Origin: Lingula anatina
Lineage: Eukaryota; Animalia; Brachiopoda
Direction of reading: 5' to 3'
Length of the DNA stretch: 64,000 bases
Assembly (NCBI GenBank): GCA_051362555.1
Contig: CM120643.1
Span: 25,734,848-25,798,847, forward strand
The notes under the pieces are model-generated. The model saw only the letters and a program-made list of their open reading frames with translations. It was not told where the DNA came from and did not search any database. The position numbers and the translations under genes were made by a program. This document shows positions 50,506 to 62,936 of this stretch, piece by piece (position 1 is the stretch's first letter; every line of letters starts with the position of its first letter).

Positions 50506-53500
50506 TTTTTTTTTTTTTAGGTCTAACAGATTGCAGCAAATGAGTGAATTCATGAATGAATGAACACATCTCCTTTACCATTAAAAAGACTTCAGCTGAC
50601 CTTGAGCCATCCAGAACTGGTTCAGATTACAACTGGGTGTGTGAACTGATTCACGAACAGCACATTTCACATAAAATTGTCCCAATACAGTGCCACCCAT
50701 TATATGGTAATACAAAAACTACGGGAAAAAAATCATTTGCAAACCTACCATTACTTGCCCGCATCATGACAAAGTACTTGGCTAATTGTGTGTATTATTT
50801 GACAAAGGTTGCCTAGTAAAAGATTTGCTTCTAAGTCTCGGAAATGAGGTCTGTATTCGGCATCTTGGGTGTTCGGACTTTGGGGTTTACTTTCTGAACT
50901 CACCAGGGCGTTAGAGTGGTAAAAATTAGAAAATAAACGCTGAATTATTTCCATTTTATTAAATGTTTGCATCACCAAGCTCATTATGAAGAAGTTTAGA
51001 GGTATTCTGTTGGACTGGGAATTTCTGTAACCATTTATTACACATTAAACTTATTTTTGCTTTAAACTAAAATTTATAAAGGCCTGCAGGACAAATAAAA
51101 ACCTTCAGTTCTTGTCAAGCAAAATTTCTGCCTCTACTTGATCATCATTTTCAGACATTTTCTTGTTCATGCAGTCTCCCTTCTCTTCGCTCATGCAACT
51201 TCAAATCCCCCCCCCCCCCCCCCCCATTTCTAACAGTAACTGTTGACTAGAATGATAGATATCAATACTGCTGCAAATATCCTGGCAAAAAAGTGTTGGG
51301 AAGTTCTTCCACCTAGGCCAGCCCAGAGGGTGAGAAACTCTTTATCTCTGAAGGAGGAGGTGCAAATTTAATGGTAAGATAATTGGAAGACTTTTTCTTT
51401 CCAATTGACAACAACACACATCAGGCCAAGAGGACAGGTGCCATGACACTTATGATGTCCTGAACTCAAATGGGAGCAGACAACTTGTCAAGGTTTGCTA
51501 GTAATTTTTTTCGAAGTGCTGCATGTTTCCAAAAGGGTAAGCAAATGCAAGAAATCTTGCCTTCCTCATGAAGAAAATTCAAATACTATCATTACAATAT
51601 GCCCTGAATGTCAAGAATTACTTGCCAAGATTTACTAGACTAGTAAATTTCTTTTAAGTGCTGCATATTTTCCAAAAGGGTAAATAAATGCAAGCAATCT
51701 TTCTTTTGTATAAGAAATCATTGAATTCTATCATTAAAATATACCCTTGATACTTATATCTAAATTTATATAATAGAATAGAACATTAACAATCATCAAG
51801 CAATTTTTCATCATGAAATGTGTTTTTTTTTTTGGGGGGGGGGGGGGCATAATTTTTCTGTAAAATCACAGTCTACTAAACACATCACTCTTCACCACCC
51901 TGCCATAAATAAAAGAAACCATAGAACAGCTCTTGAAACTACTCAGTGACTAAGCATCACTGGGATTTCCAGCCAACGCCCTTGATTTCAAAGCAATCTT
52001 CTGTGGGAGATTTTCACCATTGATACCACACTGCAGCTCTTTAATCTTTCAAGCCCCACTGATTACTGTTAAAAACAAGGTCGGACTGTTAAATTTGGGA
52101 ATGCCCCCAACACTAAAAAACAATGCCCCACTAACCACAAGAAGGGTGGGACTAAAAATTATAGGGTTACTATAAAAAAGCACTCTCTTGAGGTCATTAT
52201 TTTGCGATTTTTGGAAGAAAAAAACTTGTAGTGGTTTGTGAATGTGGCTGCTTTTAGACCACTTATAAAAATGGATTCTGTAGAGAATCTCATGAAAAAA
52301 TGCATAACAGTATTGACATATTCAGAACAACGTAAAGAAAAACATTTTGGAACTTAATTCTAGCAATAGCTTTTTAATCATTTAATGTTTTTCAAAAATA
52401 TTTTTTTGCCAGTGACTTATGTTCCTGCTTTGACTCACAAAATTAAAAACAAAATAGTATTAGACCAACTTCTGTTAATTTATCTAGAGGAATTCAGTTT
52501 ACACTAATAAAAAATCATTAAAGTCTAAAAAAATGTCGGAATGAGCCAAATAAGACTGTAGCCTGAAGTGATGCACTAAAGATGTTCATCTGTTGTAAAT
52601 ACAAACACAAAGAGAAACCCTACACTGTGCATTTCCAATGGGAACTATCATTCAGCCATTAGTGTCATTAGGGTCTCAGACATACCATGCAATGTAAACT
52701 CACTCCGCTGTTCTTCGGTAACAATAGATATCTCCATTGTTGCTTACATTTATTACATTTACCATTACACAAATTGCTTCACAATAGCTGATCCAGGGTT
52801 AAATTACTCACTTCTTCATTGTGGGAGGCTTTTATCATCCCAAGTTCAGTCACAATTTTTAAGTTTCCTGATGCTCTGTGCACATGTTTCTGTTCTGAGA
52901 TCACGACCAAATACAAAGCTAATTATGATGGGAGTTACGACAATATTTTAAATGCGTAATTTTCCCCTGTAAATATGTCGCTTCAAGGTAAGTTTATTCG
53001 CATTCTCCATGGAAACATGCCCATACAAATTGGAATTTAATTCGCAGGTGTTTTCAATTGTTAGAGCTACCTAGGTGTAATTGAAACTGATTATGTCTAA
53101 AGATGTCTCCAAAAGAGTTCAGTAACAAAGTAATTTGATGCGCCAAAATTCGTCTTCAAACATTTGACTCTCTTTGAGCATCCAAGTGAGATTTCCTGTA
53201 TTATTTCAACAATTGTAATTTGTTGTCAAAGATGTGTCCAAAAAGATCCTTTTGAATTTGCACTGACTTCATAGGCTAGAAATGGTTTTGTTAATGTCAT
53301 AAATTAATCAGACTGCTGAATCACTCGTTTTTTTTTGTTTTTTTTTTGGTTATTTCCTGTGGTGGTGTGAAGTCAGCTGAACTATTTAAAGTTTTAGTGA
53401 GAAAACTTCAGTTTGAAGATCATACATCCCAGCGAGAGCAACTGCAACTGTGCTGAAGTTAAGACACTGACAACACACCATTCCACAATGACATTTATAT

Positions 53501-53507
53501 ACAATTA

Positions 53508-53580
53508 GGGCCCATCCATTTTCATCACTATTTTCACAACACTTTGTAGACTAGTGAAAATGATAAAAATGGATGAGCCC
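53508..53580. mobile_element. 73-bp mini-MITE, TTA TSD
   Basis: tta|gggcccatccattttcatca...tgataaaaatggatgagccc|tta. Confidence 0.75.
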
Positions 53581-54399
53581 TTACAAAGTATGTTTTAGTG
53601 TGTAATTTGGTAAAGCTGTATGGTTCATCATGGCAATGTACACAAAAGTCTACTGCTAAAAAAATTAATGTCACTTTGAATAATGTGAATGAATTCCTGA
53701 AAATTTTCACTGAATAAATTTCACCACATAAGCTGAGAAACTAGACAAAAAATATAGAGTCTTACCTGGGCCTGGTGTCATCCTGACAGAGACTCACTCC
53801 TTCACTCCATCCAGCAGTAGCAGTTGTTGTTGATCATCTTCCAGCAGAAGCAGTTGTTGTTGATCTTGCTGCAGTTAACATTCCTGCTGATGCCGTATCA
53901 GTAATTGTTCAGCTTGATGACACCTGAGCCCATTTCTCCAAGTCACTGATTTTAAAACCATGGTATACATGGATAATCATAATGCACCTGGTTTTGCAGT
54001 TGGCTCCCAAAAAAATCACAATCCTTTTCTTGTCACAGACACCACAATACATTGCATTGACATTTACAGTCATTATTTGTTCTAAATTTATGCATCAGCA
54101 ATTTTTAGCAACAACAACTACATCAAATCATAATCAAAACTAAAAGACAGCATCCATCATTGTTAATCTTGTCTGTTCTAGATCCTCTGACTGTTCACAT
54201 TAAATCTGGTGGTTGACTATATATAGTTTCATTCCGGACAGCCATCTTAGATTAGACACATTTTGTGATTTAGTAACAACTCTTGGAATATAATGGCACA
54301 TATCTGTAGTTGTGTTTCAAACAAATGGACAATCTTCAAAATGGCACTTGTATTTAAAATTAGGTTAACGTGGAAGTTTCTCAGCATGGATTATCAGAT

Positions 54400-54495
54400 C
54401 TACTCCAGGTTTGTCCGTACGGTCAGCGTCATAGACAGTGGAATGTGGTCAGTCAAGGAAGCCAACTGGCTGATATAGCGGTATTCTTCAACATT
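54400..54495 (-). CDS. SMPD3: SMPD3-like last coding exon
   Basis: NVEEYRYISQLASLTDHIPLSMTLTVRTNLE* (catalytic TDH); stop TAG at 54400-54402. Confidence 0.95.
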   Translation of the reverse strand, partial: NVEEYRYISQLASLTDHIPLSMTLTVRTNLE

Positions 54496-54946
54496 CTGAA
54501 AAAATAAATTTACAAAATTTAATTCAAAGAGAACAATTATTAAATAAAAGATTTATATGTAAAACAAGATTCATAGCAAGAAGAATGGCAGGAATAATAA
54601 TCATTATCTTAACATAGTGTGACTGCGTCCCCTTCTATTTATTTTTACCACACTGGATCTCTGCTTGACAGTTAGTAAAAGGTAAGAGGCAAGCAAATAC
54701 TACTAGACTTATGAATTACAGTAATATTAATATTTCTTGAAATGCCATCTAGACTTATTTTTTATTGGAAAAACAATCTGGTACTTGTATTTAAAATCAA
54801 TATTTCTTGAAATGCCACCTTAGACTTGTTTTTTATTTGAAAAACAATCTAGTTATACTGCTGCATAAGATTATTAGCAAACGAAAAGAAATTTATCTAT
54901 TTAGGCAGGGAGTTCTGAAGTCTGAGGATGCATTTCTAGGGTATAA

Positions 54947-55121
54947 GGCTCTATTCAGAATAAGGGATTAACTAGTCCGAGGGTCAAATATGGCAACCCA
55001 CTACAAAGCTTGCAATCTAATCCTCTAAAAGACACTAAATAGATATCCCGTGGGGACGTATTCAAGTGGGTCGGCCATATTTGATCCTTGGACTAGTTGG
55101 TCCCCTGTTCTGAATGGAGCC
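54947..55121. mobile_element. Second, inverted copy of the 175-bp Harbinger-type MITE, TAA TSD
   Basis: taa|ggctctattcagaa...ttctgaatggagcc|taa; interior is the reverse complement of 49760-49934 (attcaagtgggtcggccatatttga). Confidence 0.88.
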
Positions 55122-55129
55122 TAACTCAC

Positions 55130-55289
55130 CAGTGTCATATTGGTCTCTATGTGATCATTGCAGTAGAGAAGATAATCAATTCTCCTCCTGCCATTGGCTT
55201 TAGGCAAACTGGAACCACTAACACTGTCTTCTTCCTTGATTATCACATCTTCGACATATTTTTTTATTCTCTCTGGGTCAGTCAATATC
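55130..55289 (-). CDS. SMPD3: SMPD3-like coding exon 6
   Basis: ILTDPERIKKY..NGRRRIDYLLY (RRIDY motif); ttttgtag / gtgagt. Confidence 0.94.
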
Positions 55290-55951
55290 CTACAAAAATA
55301 CATAATTGTATATATATAGGTAAAAAGATCATTTAGACCACATTAACAACAAGTCTGCAGATCAAAATACAACCCACTTGAATGTTTGTGGAGTAATTTT
55401 CACAGGGAATCTATTCAGTGTCTATTAGGGGATTACACTGCAAGCTTTTATGTGGATTGCCATATCTGATCTGCACACCAGTTAGTCTGCTGTTGTACAT
55501 GAGGCCATATACTAAAATAATATTGTCACATCAAGAAGGACTTTTACATTAGTCCAATCTGAATAATTATAACATATTCTATGACGCTAACACCCCAGCT
55601 TTTATTTACTGTCAAAATTTTAAAATATGCCGTGCTTGCCAAAATAATAAAATTTACTGACCATCAAGTGTACTATTTTTAATTTTTCTAAGTAACCTAT
55701 ATGCAAGCCATTGAAAAACTTTGGGCTAACTTGTGTTTTGTTTCAATCAAAATTAATTTTAAAATATGTTCACACTTTGGATCACAAGTTTCTTTTTTTA
55801 CCGCTTATGAATTGATTTCAATTTTAATTAAGTTTTTGAAATGTCTGACAGCTACTGTTACAGTAATGTCTTTAAATATTTTAGCCAAAATAATTTCTTA
55901 ACTGTCAATTTCACAAACTTTACACGAAAACTTAAAAAAAAAAAAACTTAC

Positions 55952-56003
55952 TCTGTAAGTTCCTCTGTATCTACATAAAGTTTCTTTTGATATATCTCTG
56001 TCC
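55952..56003 (-). CDS. SMPD3: SMPD3-like coding exon 5
   Basis: GTEIYQKKLYVDTEELTE; tttttag / gtaagt; phase 1 to 2 bridges the neighbouring exons. Confidence 0.85.
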
Positions 56004-56851
56004 CTAAAAATAAAAGCCTTGCGTACACAATGATAACATTTACATGAACCATACTAATGATATGGAATAATATAAAACATTGAAAATATGGAATGAAATA
56101 TCCATGGTCTAGTGGCATAAAGGAAAATAATCCATACTTTTTTACAGGTAAATTGGACTTTTTAAGGGAAGTTAAACAGAAAAAATGCAACCGCACATGT
56201 TGCATACAGTTTTTAAACTCAACAATATTGGTATTATTTTACATGAAACTCTTCCCTCAAAACCTTCCAAAGGACAGAAGTTCAATGTTTTTTTTTTTTT
56301 TTAATCAGTAGCAAATAAATATATAATCTTACATTTTTACATTTTTTGACTTATGAATAGCACACAAACACCCACACACACACACACACACATTTACATA
56401 CTTTCTCTCTCAGTAAAAAAAAGGTTGTACAGTTACAGTAGTGCATAAACGGGTAGAGATTGACAGTTCATGTTGTTAACATTACAATTGAATTCTAAGA
56501 GATATATCATCAGCTGGTTGCTTGTCAATTAAGTTGTAATATGCGATCAATATTTTCCCATTTTCTTTTAACATGTTGTTGTTTTTGGTCGGTATACATA
56601 TATAAAGAATATAAACAAATATTTCTATAATAATTAACGTATTGTCTAGTTCCTTCCCATGTTGGGATATCTGTTTTCGTTCTACATAGACTAATATATT
56701 TCTTAATTATTAAGATAAGTAGATAAAAACCTTTTATGTCATATGATTGCACAAGCCCGCAGAAGTTCAATGTTAGTAATATTGGTATTGAACTCTTTCC
56801 TCAAAACCTCCCCAAGGACCAAGGAGAGATACAGGAAGAAAGGAGACTTAC

Positions 56852-56941
56852 CAAGTGCCCATGACTGATCCACACCAGGTGTTACCCTGCAGGGGTCCTG
56901 ATACTTCTGCAGCAATGGATGTGTGTAAAATACTCGGTCAT
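56852..56941 (-). CDS. SMPD3: SMPD3-like coding exon 4
   Basis: DDRVFYTHPLLQKYQDPCRVTPGVDQSWALG; ttccag / gtaagt. Confidence 0.94.
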
Positions 56942-57064
56942 CTGGAAGCAATGAAACCATTATAGCCATGCACCCATTCAGGATGGGATAAAAAGAAACA
57001 ATTTATTATTTTTTGCCCCTTTCTGGTGAGTACATAATTTTTAAAATTCATATCACACAGGCAT

Positions 57065-57065
<1 letters not shown>

Positions 57066-57130
<65 letters not shown>
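57066..57130. repeat. (CA)n microsatellite
   Basis: Pure CA run in an SMPD3 intron. Confidence 0.95.
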
Positions 57131-57132
<2 letters not shown>

Positions 57133-57161
57133 TGGTAAAGTTGATGTCACCAGGGGAAGAT

Positions 57162-57337
57162 CCAGGGACATTTTCTGGCAGTCTTCCAAATTATCTTTGT
57201 TGATTCATCCTTCATTTTTGACCATCTTCCGACAGAAAAATTTGATGACCTTCCATGTATACTTGAAAAAATTTGACCGTCTGCTGGAAGACCCAGAAGA
57301 TGGCCTCCATCTGCCTCCAGTCACAGTAATTTCTATG
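57162..57337. mobile_element. Degenerate interspersed repeat, same family as 4232-4390
   Basis: Direct similarity to the copy in the ADAMTS intron, same orientation. Confidence 0.75.
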
Positions 57338-57349
57338 TATAGTACATAC

Positions 57350-57490
57350 CAGTTGACATGTTGTCAAAGTTGAGGTCACCACACAGCAGGTCAAACAGGA
57401 TCCTTTCCTCTGGATTCCTGGTCTTCAGAATGAACTCCTCTATCCACTGCAGTGTGTCACTGAGCTGCTGAGATCTGATGTCTTTTGCAC
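57350..57490 (-). CDS. SMPD3: SMPD3-like coding exon 3
   Basis: IRSQQLSDTLQWIEEF..LFDLLCGDLNFDNMS (catalytic GDxN motif); AAG acceptor, gtatgt donor. Confidence 0.93.
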
Positions 57491-57555
57491 CTTGATTTCA
57501 ATACAATTCATTTTAAAATTTCCTAGATTAACAACTGAATACATATGATCATGAC

Positions 57556-57640
57556 CATCATCATAATTATGAGATTAAGTGTTCTGCTGTTGGACAAAGG
57601 CCTCAGCATGCTTCTTCCTGTTCATCTGTCTTGGGCTTCA
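57556..57640 (-). mobile_element. Possible 3' end fragment of an RTE-type LINE/SINE
   Basis: Minus strand reads gaggcctttgtccaacagcagaaca...atgatgatg, resembling RTE 3' ends with a (TGA)n tail. Confidence 0.35.
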
Positions 57641-57804
57641 GTTATATAATACACAATATGATTTTAACAATGTACATTCTCCCCAAAAAGTTTAATTAAA
57701 GGAAAAACTGAAGGGTTTGTTTTATTTCTGACGTTGTTTATGTACTAATTAATCTATCAATTAATGACAAATCAATTAATATCAATTAATGAAAAGTGCC
57801 ACAC

Positions 57805-57880
57805 CTTGAGAGGCCTGGGTATGAGTGGTTGCTATATATCCTGCAAATTTCTGCCCTTCTGCCGATTTCCCAATGTTTAC
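57805..57880 (-). CDS. SMPD3: SMPD3-like coding exon 2
   Basis: VNIGKSAEGQKFAGYIATTHTQASQ (conserved TH); ttctag / gtgtgg. Confidence 0.92.
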
Positions 57881-58328
57881 CTAGAATTACATAACACAGT
57901 TCTGACAATTAAATCTGATCAGTAAATAATCACAACACTTAAACAGCCATAAGAATATTAACTGATTAGCCTATATATGTCTTAAATTTGATAACAGAAA
58001 ATTAAGGAATACTGTTACAGTACTAAAATTTATGCCAGAGAAAATTTCTGCTTGTCACGAACAAGATCTAGCTCAAGTGAAATAACAATAGATACACATA
58101 AAAAGCAAAGAAAGCATTTTCTTTCATTCAATCTATTTTCACATGCAGGTTAATCCATGCAAGTATTGGTTAATTTTAATAAAAATTCTGGATCCTTAGT
58201 CTACACACTTATGGAACAAACCGACACAACTTTAAAGAGTTTAAGTGGGAGATCAGAGATTATATATATATTGCTACATAATTATGTAGCACAAAATCTA
58301 AAACTGCATATTAGTAAACTGCCAGTAC

Positions 58329-59669
58329 CTTCACCATTAGTAATCCTTTAGAAGCCAGCCTATCCACCCGTATACACTGCTGAAAACACTTAAACTCTGC
58401 CTCCTCTATGGGGTACATACTGGCCAAAAGAAGTCCACTATTTAGCACCGATTGACCTCTTCTAAAGTACACCCCAACATCATGAACAATGTAGGGGAAG
58501 TGTTGGTGGAGTTTCTTTACTAGGGTATGGCTAGCTCTTCTATCAAAAACTTCCTGAAGACACAGAAAGTCCAAGTCTGCTGGGAAGTGGGTTGATACAA
58601 AGCATTTGGGGTCACTGTGACATCTCGGGTCACTGTGTTTTGTGTCAGGTTTGTGAGTTCCTAAATCATGTGATAAATTAGACCTACTGTTATCGGTCAA
58701 TTCTTGAATTTCAGAACTGTCATCAATATTCTCAATTTGGCAAATTGTGTGGCCCACTGCTACATCAGGCAATTCTTTTTTGGTTATTGTTTTATCTGTT
58801 AATTCATTACTTTTCATTTTATCATTTATTGTACCTCTATGACAATACTGTGCAGAATTGTCAGATGTCTCTGACAATATACCATATCCTTCAGAATTAA
58901 CTCTTTGGGGGGTTTGTTCTCCTATGTCACTGTTAAGTAGAACTGAATTCTCAGTATCATTCTTTGAAAGATTTTCTATTATTCTACTCCCAATTGTTTT
59001 AGCCCGCCATTGTGTATTAGAAAGGTTATTAATTCTGGCGATGAATTCTGGCATAAGGCATACGTTTGCTGTGGCAACAGTAAATCTTCTCTCAAACCTT
59101 CTCTGTGTTGTGCCCTGGTTTTTTGTGATAACATCGTCATGCGTGCACCTGCAAGCAGAGCTGGAAGGCTGTGGTAGAAAAGGCTCATGCACTTTTACCG
59201 ATTTTAGATCACTTTGGGATACATCAATACTGTTAGGAGGATTATCACAGTTGGCAGCCATTTCTAAATTTGATAATGAAGATTTTCCTTGTGACACTCT
59301 AATTCTGTCAGCATCATTATGGACATCAATAGCATCTTGCTCATTAAAGTCATGCACTGAACTATGACTAGAATACCTAAGTGAACTACGACACTTTTGC
59401 GTGGGCACCCATATCAACAATCCCAGCATGCATAGGGGTAAGGTGATAACAATGAAAGCAAGCAAAACTGGGGCAGCAAATGTTATGATGATGTAGTGTT
59501 CATAACATGGTTCTTCCCAACCTCTGCGACTCCTCTCTCGCGAGGTCGATATGAAGAGAGACAGGAGTTTGTTGGTGAACCAGTATGTGGGATAGATCAT
59601 GCCCCAGGAGATGTTGTACAGCACTCCTAAACATATGGAGTTGTGTGTTCGCTGGGAAGGGGGCAACAT
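58329..59669 (-). CDS. SMPD3: Neutral sphingomyelinase 2 (SMPD3)-like, large first coding exon
   Basis: MLPPSQRTHNSICLGVLYNISWGMIYPTYW resembles the nSMase2 N-terminus. Two hydrophobic segments, ATANVCLMPEFIARINNLSNT, FPADLDFLCLQEVFDRRA, NSGLLLAS, DRLASKG. Acceptor at 59685-59686, donor AAG|gtactg. Confidence 0.96.
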
Positions 59670-60039
59670 GCTTCCTTGCTGCACCTGGAACAATAAAGGG
59701 AATTGTCATTTTCATTTTTGAAATTAATAATTAAAGAATATCACTTCAGGCCCAAATAACCATTTGATGACCCCCAGACACTTGTTATCCTACTGGCATT
59801 GTCCACTTTTAAGTATTAGTCAAAGATAGCATTGGTGCCAAAGATAATTGTTTGGGGTCAGATTTGGAAAATCAGGTACATACAGTCAGTATACCAATAT
59901 ATGTATACACACAATCTTGAAAGGTTTTTATTATCCACTGTTGTAATCATCTTTTTATATCACACGGTCAAAAAACAAATGTAGCAGTAAACATGAATAG
60001 AAATACTAGAAGCACAGGACTAGAGAAGGAAAATCCAGG

Positions 60040-60499
60040 GTACCCTCTCGACTCTATAGTCTCTGCGCCTACCGGCGTCTACCACACTCTCGAACCTTGG
60101 ATCGCATGCTCAGTATAATCTTTATTAAGTGTCCTCTGAGGGAAGACAGTTACTCTTTCGTATACGTACTCACGGCTTCAGCAGCTTTAAGTAGCCTTTA
60201 TTAAACCCGTCACTTGGAAGTGATCGACTCCATGTGCAAGCCCATTCCAAAGAACTCAAAACAAGGAAGTACTACATAAAAAGAGGAATATTGATGACAG
60301 AGACTACTTACAGGAATGTACAGAATTGGGCAGTTTTTAAACACTAAAAGATTTTTTTTAAATATTGAAATATATATTTTTACAAATGCAAAAATATAAA
60401 ATGACTATGTAGACAATCTAGCCGAGAAACATTTATTGAGCGTTCCGGATTATTCTTTACGATGAAGCCAGCCAGTAAATTTCCGAAAAGTTGTTGACG
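60040..60499. promoter_or_regulatory. Bidirectional promoter / 5' UTR region shared by SMPD3-like and ZC3H3-like genes
   Basis: Divergent start codons ~830 bp apart; visibly more CpG than the flanks; minus-strand donors gtgagt (~60173) and gtaagt (~60311) could end non-coding SMPD3 exons. Confidence 0.6.
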
Positions 60500-60545
60500 A
60501 TGGACGAAACGAATGCTCTTTTAAAAGAAGTGGAATATTGGACAA
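60500..60545 (+). CDS. ZC3H3: ZC3H3-like CCCH zinc-finger protein, exon 1
   Basis: MDETNALLKEVEYWT then A|gtaagt; with exon 2 (KLIHAHK) it resembles the ZC3H3 N-terminal helix (MEEKEILRRQIRLLQGLIDDYK, recalled). Confidence 0.75.
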
Positions 60546-61031
60546 GTAAGTGACTTGATAAAACTTTATACGCTTTTTTATGTTTATCGAAAGATCAGAG
60601 AGTTTAAAAAATTGTTAAATCATCAATAAATTGTTTAAAATACTTCTATTCAAAAAAAAAATCTGATTCATGATTCGTGACTCGCAAGTCGGGTTGAACA
60701 AGTCGAGTTGAAGACGAAGTAGAAAGAGAAAAATAGTTCAACATAGAAGGTTTAAAATGTAGAATGGCTCAAATGGGTGACTGTTAATTACATCAGATCT
60801 TATCATTTTGTTAATTTTCTAACCACAAAAATACCCTTCGCTAATTTGATGGAAAAAATAGTCCAAACTTGAAACTTGGGATGACTTCTAATTGTATATT
60901 CTGACCATTTTGTCAATAAAACCATCAGTGTGGTGCAATCGTGTGCCATTATTATTATCACTATTATTATTGTAAACTTTTATTCTGATACTGTCAAGTG
61001 AAATAAAATACAAATTCTATTTTAACACCAG

Positions 61032-62486
61032 AATTAATCCATGCTCATAAACAGAAAGGGGGCACACAGTCAACATACAGCAGAGACAAGGCATTCAACA
61101 GAAACAGAGGAAACAAAACATGGATCAACAGAAACAGACAGATAGTGCCACCCCAGGGAGGCAGCATAGAGAACCCCAGTGTATCCACAGCACACCACCC
61201 TACCAAGTCCAGGACAGTGGTAGCACCTCAAAACACATTCAAGTCCACGTCATTTCAAGGAAATAGTATTGCCAGGAAAGTGAATACTTTAGGAAATGCA
61301 TTTTCTGATAAAAGCAAACCATCTGAGAAAGTAGTCATTTCAAAGAATGTAGTAAAGAACACCTCTCATGGAAGTGGCCCTTCAGAAAGAGGTGGGGCTA
61401 AAAAACAGATTTATGATTTTAATACTCAGCCAGGTGCTAATATTTCTAATGGTGCTAATAGTAAGAGGGAAGTGAAGTATAGTGCCACAGAAACAGTTAC
61501 CACAGGTGCTCAAACTTGTAGCCAAATACATTCCAAAAGAACTGTCAAATTACCACAGACTGTTAGCAATACCAATCCAGGGGCATATGTGAAGGAGACC
61601 GTTCTTGCAGGTAGTGCCTTTCTAAAGAAAGGTAAATATAGTTTAATAAAGAAAACCCTCTCCACTACTGCCAAGAAGACAGAGCATGGTTTGCTATATG
61701 ATACATCACTTGTTGATGTCCGTCCAGGAAATGCCCCTGTGAATGATAAGATTTCAGGATTTTCCAACATAACTTTCAATAACCAAAACTCAGGATTCAA
61801 TTATGGTGCTGTAAATCAAAAAACGAAATCTCTGGAAGATGCAGATCTTATAATGTCTGACAACAATGCCAATACTCTCAATGTATCCTCCTCAAAGCCA
61901 TCTAAGAGGACAGTTGTGAACCCCAAGTACACATGGGTGTCTGGGGATACTCGAGCTAAGAGGTCAGGGAATAGTGGAAAAAAGGTGGAAGGTCACACAA
62001 CTAAACACTCGGCCAGTAAGCTAGGACACAGTCTCAATAGAAGCCTTTCTAACAGTAGCTCTGGTAGTAACAGCAAGGATTCCCCAGCACAGACTGTGGC
62101 CAGGGGACTGGTGTCAAAGTATAAGAAAATCAACCCAGGATACAAACCAATAAAACAACTACAACAACCACACACTGGAAAAATTCACCAGGCTCTTTTC
62201 TTTTCAAAACACAAGAATCACTCATCTCCAAGTATATCTGCCACAAGAGACAATAGTCCAAGAGTATCTAAGTACAAACTAAACAGAAAAAATGAAAAGC
62301 CAAGTCAACAGGAAGTCCAACATATTCAAGGGAATAAATCCCTCATTGTGAACAGGTCATTGGTGGTAAAACGGAGTAAATACTCCCTGGTCAAGACGAG
62401 GGTCACTGGTGGTCAGGGTAGTGGTAAGAAGCAGGGCCAACAGAGGAAAATGTCAAAATACAGCTGGACAAATACAGGAGGTGATG
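61032..62486 (+). CDS. ZC3H3: ZC3H3-like exon 2 (long, basic, S/K/N-rich)
   Basis: ~1.45 kb open frame with repeated (S)KY[TSK][WL] motifs (KYSL, KYTW, SKYKL, SKYSW). The donor could be at 62480 or 62486, both phase 1. Confidence 0.8.
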
Positions 62487-62776
62487 GTAGGTTCTGAAAT
62501 ATTGGCCAGATATTTTATTTTATTGTGAAGCAGGTTGTAGTTCAATTTATTGTCAGTTGTTTTTGAAGATAGAACTGATATTAAGCTTTTCCCAAAAAAT
62601 AATTCTTTATCTGGTTGTAAAATTAAATTTAGTGTGCCAGTAGGTTTAGTGTAACAGTAACACCAGAAATATTTGGATAGTTAAAAACAGCAGAGATAAT
62701 TGAAGGAACACTGTGAAAATTGTGTCATTTGAATGTTTGTGAAATTTCAGCTTATTAGAATATTCTGTAATTTCAG

Positions 62777-62936
62777 ATCGTGTTGTGAGCATCAACAATA
62801 TCTTAGGGAGAAAAGTGAAGAATCTCAGTAAAAACCGATACAAGTTCATACAAGCTCAGACTTTCCCCAAGCTAACACAGAGGTTTATGTACAGACAGCT
62901 GACACATGGGGCAGCAAGAAGTCCTCAGAAATCACA
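62777..62936 (+). CDS. ZC3H3: ZC3H3-like exon 3
   Basis: tttcag acceptor, RVVSINNILGRKVKNLSKNRYKFI.., gtaagt donor; phase 1 to 2. Confidence 0.72.

Noticed and set aside
58858-59367. 169-aa plus-strand ORF
   Set aside because: Antisense shadow of the large SMPD3 coding exon with no independent protein features. The same applies to 61510-61800 within ZC3H3 exon 2.
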